A stretch of DNA of 64,000 nt, taken from Candidatus Saccharimonadales bacterium (lineage in GTDB: Bacteria; Patescibacteriota; Saccharimonadia; Saccharimonadales; JBGSXW01). The stretch's first letter is position 1, and each line of letters begins with the position of its first letter. Made by a program: the position numbers and the translations under genes. Below the pieces are notes generated by a model. It did no database searches, had not been told where the DNA came from, and saw only the letters and a list, made by a program, of their open reading frames with translations. The stretch is from the NCBI GenBank assembly GCA_041751215.1, contig JBGSXW010000005.1:131664-195663 (forward strand), written 5' to 3'. Shown piece after piece: positions 17,988 through 26,565 of the stretch.

Positions 17988-19024
17988 AAACCTTCTTAAT
18001 TATTTCACCTAATAATTACGGAAATGTTGGTGATGATATTTGTGCCTACTCGGGACAGTACCTAGTTAACAGCATACTTCCAAAAGCTCGGACCATAATT
18101 ACTAGCCCCCCCTTCAACGAGTCCGAAGCGTCGAGCGCCGATGGCTTTATTCTTAGCGGGGGCGGCCCAATTTATGATCGCTCTGAGCCAAATGTTGAAA
18201 ACTACATGCAGTACTTAGACTACGGACAAGCAAAGGACAAGCTAACGGCTGCAATTGGAGTTGGGGAGCAGGGAATCGTTCACGAGTGGGGTAAAAAACG
18301 CTACAGAACTGTTTTAAACCGAGCCGACTTAGTTACTACTCGCAGCCAAGCTGATAAAAGCGCGCTACAAGACATTGGTGTTAAAAACGTAGTTGCCACA
18401 CAAGACCTAGGGTTTCTAGCGGACCAATGGGTTAAGCGTCCTTGGCTTAAGCCGCGATTAAAAAAATCAGCTAAACCCCGACTTGGGTTGGTGTTGATGG
18501 ATGTTCGGTTTCTTCAGGACTATAAAAACGGCGATAAGCATCTGCGCGACTACATAGCTACAGTCGAAGATAATCTGGAATACTTAAAACAAAACTTTGA
18601 CGTTTATTTATTTGCTCACTCCAAAGATGATGAAGATTGGCGCAACTCGATGGCTAGTAAATACGACTTTAAAATCGTTGTATACAAAAACATTGAGGAC
18701 TTTCCGAAATTCTTTGCTACCTATAAGCAAATGGATTTAGTACTAGGTGCAAGGTTTCACGCGGTGATATTAGGATTGCTCGCACACAAGCCGGTGATCG
18801 GACTGGGACTACCCGACGCCAAGCTGTTTAAGTTGGCTAAGTCAGCGCCAACACTACGAAGACAGAGTTGCTCAATCAATGACGGTAAAGAGCTTTCAAA
18901 GTTACTTAGCAGCCTAAGAACAGACTACGATCAAAATAAGTTCAAGGTCTTGGGTTCAAACGAGCTAGATAAGCTCAAGAGCGCTGCGGCATTGAATCAA
19001 AATCTGCTGAGAAGAATAATTTAG
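17984..19024 (+). CDS. polysaccharide pyruvyl transferase family protein (paralog)
   Basis: NYGNVGDDICA, LSGGGPIYD, ARFHAVILGLLAHKPVIG. ATGA overlap with the upstream paralog. Confidence 0.65.
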   Translation: MKTFLIISPNNYGNVGDDICAYSGQYLVNSILPKARTIITSPPFNESEASSADGFILSGGGPIYDRSEPNVENYMQYLDYGQAKDKLTAAIGVGEQGIVHEWGKKRYRTVLNRADLVTTRSQADKSALQDIGVKNVVATQDLGFLADQWVKRPWLKPRLKKSAKPRLGLVLMDVRFLQDYKNGDKHLRDYIATVEDNLEYLKQNFDVYLFAHSKDDEDWRNSMASKYDFKIVVYKNIEDFPKFFATYKQMDLVLGARFHAVILGLLAHKPVIGLGLPDAKLFKLAKSAPTLRRQSCSINDGKELSKLLSSLRTDYDQNKFKVLGSNELDKLKSAAALNQNLLRRII

Positions 19025-19186
19025 CTACTTGGAGCAAGGTTTGATGATGTGACCGGAACATACACTGCGAATACAATGAGTGTATCCGGACTCGACACGC
19101 CTCACTAAGTGCCCTGTGTAAACAATAATAAGGGGCTGTACATACCAGATATATTGGCTAGCTTGTTAACGTATTTTTAATAGAGC

Positions 19187-20062
19187 CTATAAGGGGTGTC
19201 CTTGGCTAAAGCACTCAACTCCTTTGGGATCAAGTTTAACCAGATCGGCGGCCTGCCAGCCCTTAATGAGACACCTTAGAAAACGGCGGTTAAGAAAAAT
19301 CCTTCGGGGGCGGTAGCCGTGTTTAGCCTCGCTTTTCCAATCGAGATTACGACGAATGTAGAGTGCATCAAAAAGATTAATTCCAGCATACTGACGGGGC
19401 TTGTAGTTACTAAAACCAAACTTATCTTCTACTACTGGTTTAAACTTTGCGGCTAGCTTAAGTTGGTAGCTATCAGCAACAACTGCAAGCACCGCTTCTG
19501 GATCAGCGATTACGTCCTCGTAGCGCAAATAGCAAACGTACCTAACGCGCTTTGGAAAGCCAGCAAACAAAGCCTGTTTTTTGCTGCGTAGTTCAAAGAT
19601 CGATTTGTAGTCCTCGAACTTATTTTCGGGCTTTATGGTAGCAAGACGAACGTTTTCATCCTGACTGGCGTCCTCCCCAATTTTTGAATAATAAGATCGC
19701 CACGGACTCCGTATGAACTTACTAAAACTTAAATTTTGCAGCTCTGGAGCGTGATGCGGGCTAAGGTGAGTTGATTGCAGCCAGCTAATTGGATTACGAT
19801 CAACAACTACAAATAAAGTCTCACCAGACTCAGTTTTATAATCACGAATGGTTTGAAATTCCAGTTCACCGTCGCTATTAATCAACCCCCAAGGCTCGTC
19901 AAGATCCCCGTGCTTCCATCCAAACGGACTAGTGTTACTTAGATAACCAATGGGCTTAACCGCCGGGAGATTGTTTGCAAACAAGCGCTTTATAAAATTT
20001 GTACCGCAGTTGCGCTCGCCGTTAACCTGACACTGAGTGATTGTCGGGTCGGCTTTTACCAT
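19187..20062 (-). CDS. sulfotransferase-like protein, paralog 1
   Basis: NGERNCGTNFIKRLF (5'-PSB-like loop), FGWKHGD, and VDRNPISWLQSTH (3'-PB-like R-x-P...S). Context is PAPS synthesis plus cysQ. Confidence 0.5.
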   Translation of the reverse strand: MVKADPTITQCQVNGERNCGTNFIKRLFANNLPAVKPIGYLSNTSPFGWKHGDLDEPWGLINSDGELEFQTIRDYKTESGETLFVVVDRNPISWLQSTHLSPHHAPELQNLSFSKFIRSPWRSYYSKIGEDASQDENVRLATIKPENKFEDYKSIFELRSKKQALFAGFPKRVRYVCYLRYEDVIADPEAVLAVVADSYQLKLAAKFKPVVEDKFGFSNYKPRQYAGINLFDALYIRRNLDWKSEAKHGYRPRRIFLNRRFLRCLIKGWQAADLVKLDPKGVECFSQGHPL

Positions 20063-20076
20063 TTGACTAAAAACTC

Positions 20077-21033
20077 CTAGGTTAGCTTTTTCTGAGAGGC
20101 CATTAACATTACAAAGCCACCACGAAAGTGCGGATTAATGTCAGTGTACTTTTTCACTAAGACTAGCTTTGGGTTGCCTTTAGAAATGGCGTAGAGATAT
20201 TTAAAATCCTTTTGCATTTGAGATAAAAATTTCTTTGGGTCATCGTAGGCAAAAGCCGTAAATTCGAGCATGAGCTTTAGATTCGGGCTATTTTTGATTG
20301 TCTTTTTCATTCCCCGGTAGATCGCTTCTTCGTGACCTTCAACGTCCATCTTTATTACATCAACTCGGCCCTTAGTTTGCTCTTTAGTGTAGTTGTCTAG
20401 CGTCATAGCCTCTACTTTGTAGCGCTTATGAAAGCCCGAGCGCTTAGTCTTAACGCTTTTGTCGCTAACCCAAGATCCACCCCAGTGCATGTCGTGAATA
20501 TTTAACACCAGCTCGCCCGGTTTATCTGAGAGCGCTATGTTACTGACAACAGTTTTCTGACTAAAGTTATTTGAGCTGATGGTTTTTTCGATGTAGTGAG
20601 TAAGATCCTTGTTAGCCTCAATGAAGTGAACTCGACCACCCTTGGCTTGATCAACTAGCGGGCAGGCGACCACTCCAAAGTAGCCAAAGTTAGCACCGAT
20701 ATCTAAAACTACACTGTCCTCGTCGATTACCGAACGCCAAACATCAGTTACGTCTCGCTCCCAGACTCCGCGCAACATCAAAGATTGTGAAACTCCATGG
20801 TCACGAGTATCAACAAACATCTTTCGATCGTTAAACAATAGGGTCAGCGCTTCGTGGTCGCCGGTAAATACGGTAGTACTATTTTTTATGCGCTGTATTA
20901 AGGCGCTGTTACGGTTCGATTCTTGCCTAAGCTGCTCCACATTAGAGTTTAGGCGTCCGAGCGTAACGGGCATCATAACCCAGGCTCTAACCAGTTTAAG
21001 AAACCTTCTTATTATTGATTGATTTTGTGACAC
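20077..21033 (-). CDS. FkbM-family SAM-dependent methyltransferase (paralog)
   Basis: LDIGANFGYFG and IKMDVEGHE. Alignable along its length with 14477-15454. Confidence 0.7.
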   Translation of the reverse strand: MSQNQSIIRRFLKLVRAWVMMPVTLGRLNSNVEQLRQESNRNSALIQRIKNSTTVFTGDHEALTLLFNDRKMFVDTRDHGVSQSLMLRGVWERDVTDVWRSVIDEDSVVLDIGANFGYFGVVACPLVDQAKGGRVHFIEANKDLTHYIEKTISSNNFSQKTVVSNIALSDKPGELVLNIHDMHWGGSWVSDKSVKTKRSGFHKRYKVEAMTLDNYTKEQTKGRVDVIKMDVEGHEEAIYRGMKKTIKNSPNLKLMLEFTAFAYDDPKKFLSQMQKDFKYLYAISKGNPKLVLVKKYTDINPHFRGGFVMLMASQKKLT

Positions 21034-21095
21034 GTGGCTCCTTGTATCTTTTAAAGTCTTTTCAATACCATACCAGTAATTTTGCTAAGAGAGAA

Positions 21096-21968
21096 CTAAA
21101 ATTCCTTACCGTCAACCATAAATAGATCAACCGGCTCGTAGGCTACTAGCTTTTCTGGATTCTGAACCTGCAGTTCGCCCATTCTCATTAGAACGCGAAG
21201 TTTGTTGATGAACCTATGAACAAACAGGCGTCCAGTTTTAATAGAGTAACCAGCTGCCACTTCAGCTTCTTTATCAAGAGATTGCACGATATGAACTAAA
21301 TCTCCAATCGACATTGGCTGAGTTTTCTTGGCTTTGTACTCGCGGTTGCCAAACTTGTCTTCGTCGATGTTTTTAAAGCCGCTACTAAACTTAAGATGAT
21401 ACTTATCTGCAATGGTCGTCAGGGTTTTTTTAGGGTGCGCCTGCAGCTCTTCTAAAGACACATAGCAAACGTTTGGAACCCGCTCTTTAAAACTCTGGTG
21501 AAGTCTTAGCTTTTGAGATCGCAGACCGATGACTGACTCGTATTCTTCAAACAATAGTTCGGGTTTAACACAACCAAAGCGGATTTTTTCATCGCGGCGA
21601 CTTGGTTGGCCGGCCCAGCTGTAGTAAGCCTCCCAAGGCTTGCGCAAAAATTCGGAGAATTCGTTAAACCAATGTTTAGGCGCGTGGTGAGGGGAGCGAT
21701 GCATGGATTGCAGCCAAGTAATTGGATTCCGATAGATTACGATTATTAAAGTATGATCGGCATTTTCATTGACGTCATGAATTTTCTTGGTTGTTAGTTG
21801 CTTTGATTCGGGGGTTTTGTACCATTTCATCGGCTGTCCGAGATCGCCGTGCTTCCAGCCGTAATTGTCGGTGACAGTAATGTCAGAAACATTTTGACGC
21901 AATAGCTTAGCTAGATAGTTAGTCCCCGAGCAGCGCTCGCCAAAGATCTGAATTTCCCTAATTGTCAT
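21096..21968 (-). CDS. sulfotransferase-like protein, paralog 2
   Basis: FGERCSGTNYLAKLL, YGWKHGD, IYRNPITWLQSMHRSPHHAP. Confidence 0.5.
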   Translation of the reverse strand: MTIREIQIFGERCSGTNYLAKLLRQNVSDITVTDNYGWKHGDLGQPMKWYKTPESKQLTTKKIHDVNENADHTLIIVIYRNPITWLQSMHRSPHHAPKHWFNEFSEFLRKPWEAYYSWAGQPSRRDEKIRFGCVKPELLFEEYESVIGLRSQKLRLHQSFKERVPNVCYVSLEELQAHPKKTLTTIADKYHLKFSSGFKNIDEDKFGNREYKAKKTQPMSIGDLVHIVQSLDKEAEVAAGYSIKTGRLFVHRFINKLRVLMRMGELQVQNPEKLVAYEPVDLFMVDGKEF

Positions 21969-22002
21969 TGGCTCTAGTTTATCAGGAATATTTAGAGCTG
22001 TC

Positions 22003-24216
22003 TTATGGAGTGACGGTTATGTCAAAGAAAGAGCCCTTTGGCGGCAATCTATTTGGATAGCCTTCGAGCAATGGAGTGATGTGTTCGCGGTAAGTATTAG
22101 GATTAACTCCACTTGGCGCCTTGAAGTCAAATGCATAGGTTACGATTTGGCCAGGTAGCACAAGGTGTTGAGCGGCAGCAAGCGTTACACCATCGGCCTC
22201 GTAAACTGAGGCAAAAACTGTGGCTGGTCGAGACCGTTTTGGACCCCAAAGCGCACCAAAGTCACTGCTTCTACCTAACGGATTACTGGTAGCTAAACGA
22301 GTTGGGCGAATGTGATACGGAGCAGTCGGATGGATACGGCTGACATCATCAAACCAAACTATATTACCGGTATTTTTGTAGCTAATTTCAACAGTGGTGT
22401 CGTCGCCCTGACCAAGAGTTGGGTAGGCCGATGAGCTGACGTACGCTGCGCGGTAAACCGCTTCCGAGACTCTGATGTCAAACCACGAGCCCAGGACATT
22501 CATTTTGCCAGGCGCTCCTTCAACTATCGGCGTAAACCGTTCGCGGTAAGTCTTAGCGCTCAGGTTCAGCGGAGTAGCGGCCGTAAATTCAAACTCGGCA
22601 ATTTGCCCAGGTTCAACTGTGTCTTGGTCTTCGGCTAGAGTTGTGCCGTCGGCTTCGTAAACTGCGCTAAAGTCTCCGGCCGCTCGGTTGTTGGTTCCCC
22701 ACGAGTCACCAAACTTACTTAAACGACCAACGGGTCCAGAAGTCGCTAGGCGCACTGGACTGGCGCCGACTTCTCTAAAGCTATCGACGTCGTGCCAATC
22801 CATGTTCCCGACATTTTTGTATTGCAGCATTATGGTTCGTTCTCTTCCCTGGCTAACGCTAAGTGAGTTGCTTGAAGATTTATAGAACTGAGCTTTGTAA
22901 ACACTAGGCGTTACTCTGATTACAAAATGCGAAGCTAGGCTGTTCATGCTTTGTGGCCCTTCTATTATCGGCTGCACAAACTCTCTGTACAGGCCAGGCG
23001 CAAGGTTTGGCGGAGCTTTGAGCGTAAAGGTAAACTTAGCAATTTGACCGGTCGTGGCTCGGTTTTGGTCGCTAGCTAATGTCACACCATCGGCCTCGTA
23101 AACCGCATCAAATACTCCGGTGGGGCGAGTCTTCTTTTTGCCGATCCATAGCTCGCCGAATTGGCTATTGCGTCCAAACGGGTTGCTGGTTCCGAGTCGA
23201 ACAGCGTTTGCGTTATTTTCAGCCGCGCCGATATTGTCGTACCAAGTACTTGAGCCGGTGTTCTTAAAACTAATCGAAACCTCAGTGGATTCACCTTGTT
23301 TTATGGTTGGGTAGTCTGAGAGAGAATGGAATGCTGTTCGGTAGTTTCCAGCTACTACTGGTCCAAACCACTGTTTGTAGTAGTTAACGAAGTTATAGTT
23401 ACCAAAAAACCCGGGGTAGGTGTGAGGTGTGTAGTAGTAAAGCGAGGCGGTTGCTCGGTTTCCCATATATAAGGGCGAACCATCAATTGGATAATAGCCA
23501 TCAAAATAGGTGTTGGTGCATCCAGCACAGCGCTTTCTAAAGCCTTTGGTCATTGGCCCGCTGTAGACCCAAGTACCAACCACGTTGTCTCCTGGGTAAG
23601 TGTCCCAGCTGGTGTTTCCGCCGCTGCGTTCAAAGTTAAATCTTAGCTGCCAGGCGGCGTAATTAATCTGGTTATAAAAACCTTTTTTAGAATGATCTTT
23701 GCCGCCAGTGTCAGGTACTCCATAACCCATGGCCCAGGCTAACTTGTAGGCCATGCCACAACACGATGGGTTTACATAGGCGTTCTTGGTCTTAGGATAG
23801 GTTCCACCGGTTGTGATTAGGCTTTGCTCTTTTTGCAGAGTAACTAAGAGCACCTTAGGGCTAACCGTCTTTAGATTATTGTCATCGTAGTACCGAACTT
23901 GGCTACAGTTTTGAATGTACTGAGCCTTCCAGTCGTTGGCAGCTTCCCAAATAATTCGGGCGGCAGTCTTGCCAGTAGCCTTATGGACCAAGCAGCCGTT
24001 CCCCTTAACCATGTCGACATCGTCTTTCCAGTTAGCCAACACGCTACCCTGGTTTTGTAGGAACTTTTGAATGGCGCTAACACTCATCGATCCAGTAGCT
24101 GTAAATAGCTGGTCATCAATTAGTCGATTCTTATTAAAGGACGCCGAAGCTTGATCGAGTTGGAGGCTCGCTACTCCGATAATTGCAACCAGTAAGAAGA
24201 TTAAAAAACGTTTCAT
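22003..24216 (-). CDS. secreted protein: N-terminal putative wall/glycan-hydrolase-like domain plus three tandem ~147-aa repeats
   Basis: Start set at MKRFLIFLLVAIIGVASLQLDQASA (a signal peptide), which removes the overlap with 24218-24751. The N-terminal domain contains VLLVTLQKEQSLI. The C-terminal two thirds is three repeats. Confidence 0.6.
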   Translation of the reverse strand: MKRFLIFLLVAIIGVASLQLDQASASFNKNRLIDDQLFTATGSMSVSAIQKFLQNQGSVLANWKDDVDMVKGNGCLVHKATGKTAARIIWEAANDWKAQYIQNCSQVRYYDDNNLKTVSPKVLLVTLQKEQSLITTGGTYPKTKNAYVNPSCCGMAYKLAWAMGYGVPDTGGKDHSKKGFYNQINYAAWQLRFNFERSGGNTSWDTYPGDNVVGTWVYSGPMTKGFRKRCAGCTNTYFDGYYPIDGSPLYMGNRATASLYYYTPHTYPGFFGNYNFVNYYKQWFGPVVAGNYRTAFHSLSDYPTIKQGESTEVSISFKNTGSSTWYDNIGAAENNANAVRLGTSNPFGRNSQFGELWIGKKKTRPTGVFDAVYEADGVTLASDQNRATTGQIAKFTFTLKAPPNLAPGLYREFVQPIIEGPQSMNSLASHFVIRVTPSVYKAQFYKSSSNSLSVSQGRERTIMLQYKNVGNMDWHDVDSFREVGASPVRLATSGPVGRLSKFGDSWGTNNRAAGDFSAVYEADGTTLAEDQDTVEPGQIAEFEFTAATPLNLSAKTYRERFTPIVEGAPGKMNVLGSWFDIRVSEAVYRAAYVSSSAYPTLGQGDDTTVEISYKNTGNIVWFDDVSRIHPTAPYHIRPTRLATSNPLGRSSDFGALWGPKRSRPATVFASVYEADGVTLAAAQHLVLPGQIVTYAFDFKAPSGVNPNTYREHITPLLEGYPNRLPPKGSFFDITVTP
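22006..23343 (-). repeat. three tandem protein-level repeats (~147 aa each, aa ~306-451, 453-599, 601-751 of the track ORF)
   Basis: Shared signature (F/Y)KNTG..W, (V/T)RL(G/A)TS.P.GR.S.FG..W, (A/S)VYEADG.TLA, and GQI..(F/Y).F, each repeat ending in (I/F)(R/D)(V/I)(T/S). Related copies occur in the C-terminus of the amidase at 39833-41866. Confidence 0.7.
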
Positions 24217-24217
24217 G

Positions 24218-24751
24218 CTATTGGATATATATTGTCTCATTTTCTGACTTTTTTTCACCTACAACTGCTGCGACTTTCCATGTGCCAGAGGGCACATCAA
24301 CAGTTGGCTTCCAGGACCAAGTAGCTACACCTTGTTTATCGGTTATGATCTTGTCTAAGCTAATAACCCGGTTGGGGTCGGAATTACTCGTAAAAGTTAA
24401 ATGGCAGCTAACGCCGGGTTCGCTCGTACAAGTTGTGCTAACAATTTGACCAACTTTGAGCTTACTGGCTTGAGTGTGGCCGGCGGAAGTGTAGACCAAT
24501 GGTCGTTCCTTTACAAAATCTGGAGGACTTGAGATTTTACGAGTCTCGCGGTCCTCACCCTCGCCCTCGTCTATCAGAGGAGCGTCAGACGCAGGTGGTT
24601 GATCGTTATCTCTGGCAGTTTGCTGATTGTCTGCCTCAGCGGTTGATGTAGTTTCGGTCGAGACTTGATCATCTTTGAGCCACCAAAAAGTACCAGCACC
24701 AAGGGCCAGGGCGACAACGACTGCTACGATAATTAATTGTTTGCGTGACAT
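24218..24751 (-). CDS. hypothetical membrane-anchored protein
   Basis: N-terminal TM segment (LIIVAVVVALALGAGTFWWL), an acidic disordered linker and a small C-terminal beta-rich domain. Confidence 0.5.
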   Translation of the reverse strand: MSRKQLIIVAVVVALALGAGTFWWLKDDQVSTETTSTAEADNQQTARDNDQPPASDAPLIDEGEGEDRETRKISSPPDFVKERPLVYTSAGHTQASKLKVGQIVSTTCTSEPGVSCHLTFTSNSDPNRVISLDKIITDKQGVATWSWKPTVDVPSGTWKVAAVVGEKKSENETIYIQ

Positions 24752-24830
24752 ATGTTTATTTTAAAACTTAACCTCTTTGATCTTAACAATTAAAGCCAGA
24801 GCTTTCAAGAGAGCGGAGCTAAGAAACGTA

Positions 24831-25718
24831 TCAGCTAAGAAGCTTTCCTTGCTTGTAGCAGCGGACTTGGTTTTTAGTTTTTATGAGCTTGTTTGGAGAC
24901 TCAACTTCAATTGGTCGTCTAAAGAGCTTTGCGAGCATAGGCTGTGAGATATTCATTTTCTGATACGCAGTAGTATCAAATCTGTAGCCAATAGATGTTT
25001 CTTGATCCCAATCAAGGACATCAATAATATGATCAAGATCGACTTTGCTGATTGGCGGGTATTTTTTGGGTTTATACTTGCCGAACCCAAATTTATCTTC
25101 GGTGATGTTGGCAAAGTTTCCTTTAATCTTAAATTCGTATTTGTCTGCAATGGTTTGCAAAACTTCTTCGGGGGCGTCTTTTAGGTGCTCGTAATTAACG
25201 TAGGCAACATTATCAACGCGGTTTTTAAAGCTTTCGAAAATTTGGTTTTTTTGAACTCTTAAGTCAAGAACAGACTCGTATTCTTCGAATAGGTTTTCTG
25301 GTTTAACCATACTTAAGCGACGTTCTTTATCGGGGCTAGATTCTTGACCGGGAATTCCGTAGTAAGAAGTCCAGGGGTGCCGAATGTAATCAGAAAACGA
25401 TAGGCCGTAAAGCAGAGGTGCGTGGTGGGCGTGCTTGTGCATCGATTGCAGCCAGGTTATGGGGTTTCGATAGATAACTACAAACACTACGTTCTTACTG
25501 TCTTTTTTGTAATCACGCACGCTGTGGCAGTAGATTTCTTCCGGTCCGTTGCGGTAATCGCACCAAGGCTGTCCAAAATCAGTATGCTTCCAGCCAAAGC
25601 CGCGATCTCCACCTAGTGGCAAAATATCTTGATAGTTCTCGCGCATTAGTTTGCGCAAGTAATTGGTGCCAGAGTTGCGCTCACCGTAAACCTGGAATTC
25701 TTTTAGTGCTTTAGCCAT
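24831..25718 (-). CDS. sulfotransferase-like protein, paralog 3
   Basis: YGERNSGTNYLRKLM, FGWKHTD, IYRNPITWLQSMHKHAHHAP. Only 1 nt separates it from cysQ. Confidence 0.5.
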   Translation of the reverse strand: MAKALKEFQVYGERNSGTNYLRKLMRENYQDILPLGGDRGFGWKHTDFGQPWCDYRNGPEEIYCHSVRDYKKDSKNVVFVVIYRNPITWLQSMHKHAHHAPLLYGLSFSDYIRHPWTSYYGIPGQESSPDKERRLSMVKPENLFEEYESVLDLRVQKNQIFESFKNRVDNVAYVNYEHLKDAPEEVLQTIADKYEFKIKGNFANITEDKFGFGKYKPKKYPPISKVDLDHIIDVLDWDQETSIGYRFDTTAYQKMNISQPMLAKLFRRPIEVESPNKLIKTKNQVRCYKQGKLLS

Positions 25719-25719
25719 T

Positions 25720-26541
25720 TTATTTTTGTTGACCTTTTCTAAGAATTTCTTCGATGTTTATTTTTCCGTTATAGCAAACGAAGTGCGGATTGAGAAGCTC
25801 GAGTTTGTGGTATTTAAGAAGCTCACCGTCAATTGCTAGAATTTTGCCTCCAGCTGCTCGTACGAGGGCGTCTCCGGCGGCAATATCCCACTCCATGCTT
25901 CCACCTAGCCGTAGATACACATCGGCTGAGCCTTCGGCAACTAGACACAGCTTTAGAGCCGAGCCGGCACTAATAACTTTAGGTTTTGGATCGAGCTCGT
26001 TGATGATTGATTCCGAAACCGGATCAAGATGCGAGCGACTGACTGCAATTGAGGTCAACTCTTGATTATCTGAAACTTGAATATCCTGCCAAGGTCCGCC
26101 ACTTGTGCGTTTTCGAGCTCCTAGAGAATCTTCGCCGGCGTAGATTAAATCTTGAGCGGGCACTCCAACTACGCCTAGCACTGGACGCTCACCTTCGATC
26201 AGTGCGATGTTAACAGTGAATTCGCCATTGCGTTTAATAAACTCTTTTGTGCCATCCACCGGGTCAACCAGCCAGTAATAATTAGACTTCATGGCTTCTT
26301 GGTTGTCGGCTTCGGATGATTCCTCACTAACAATTGGCACATCGGGGGTTAGTTTTTTTAGTCCGGCTAAAATAACTTTTTGAGCAGCTAAATCCGCCAA
26401 GGTTAAGGGGGATTCATCTGACTTGGTTTGCACGCCGTGATCAGCCTGCTCGTAAATCTTCATAATCACAACCGCTGCTCGTTCGGCAATATCAGACACT
26501 TGGTCTAACAATTTGGCATCGACTACTAACCTAGAACTCAT
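25720..26541 (-). CDS. cysQ: 3'(2'),5'-bisphosphate nucleotidase (PAP phosphatase), inositol monophosphatase family
   Basis: WLVDPVDGTKEF and WDIAAGDALV motifs. Divergent from sat/cysC. Confidence 0.8.
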   Translation of the reverse strand: MSSRLVVDAKLLDQVSDIAERAAVVIMKIYEQADHGVQTKSDESPLTLADLAAQKVILAGLKKLTPDVPIVSEESSEADNQEAMKSNYYWLVDPVDGTKEFIKRNGEFTVNIALIEGERPVLGVVGVPAQDLIYAGEDSLGARKRTSGGPWQDIQVSDNQELTSIAVSRSHLDPVSESIINELDPKPKVISAGSALKLCLVAEGSADVYLRLGGSMEWDIAAGDALVRAAGGKILAIDGELLKYHKLELLNPHFVCYNGKINIEEILRKGQQK

Positions 26542-26565
26542 CCCGAAATTGTACTATAGTGATCG

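Noticed and set aside
19025-19186. 162-nt convergent spacer with imperfect hairpin CCGGAACATACACT...AGTGTATCCGG (about 19050-19086), considered as an sRNA or tRNA
   Set aside because: It is too short and irregular for a tRNA, lacks a T-run, and has no conserved motif. It is most simply a weak bidirectional terminator region and was not called as a feature.
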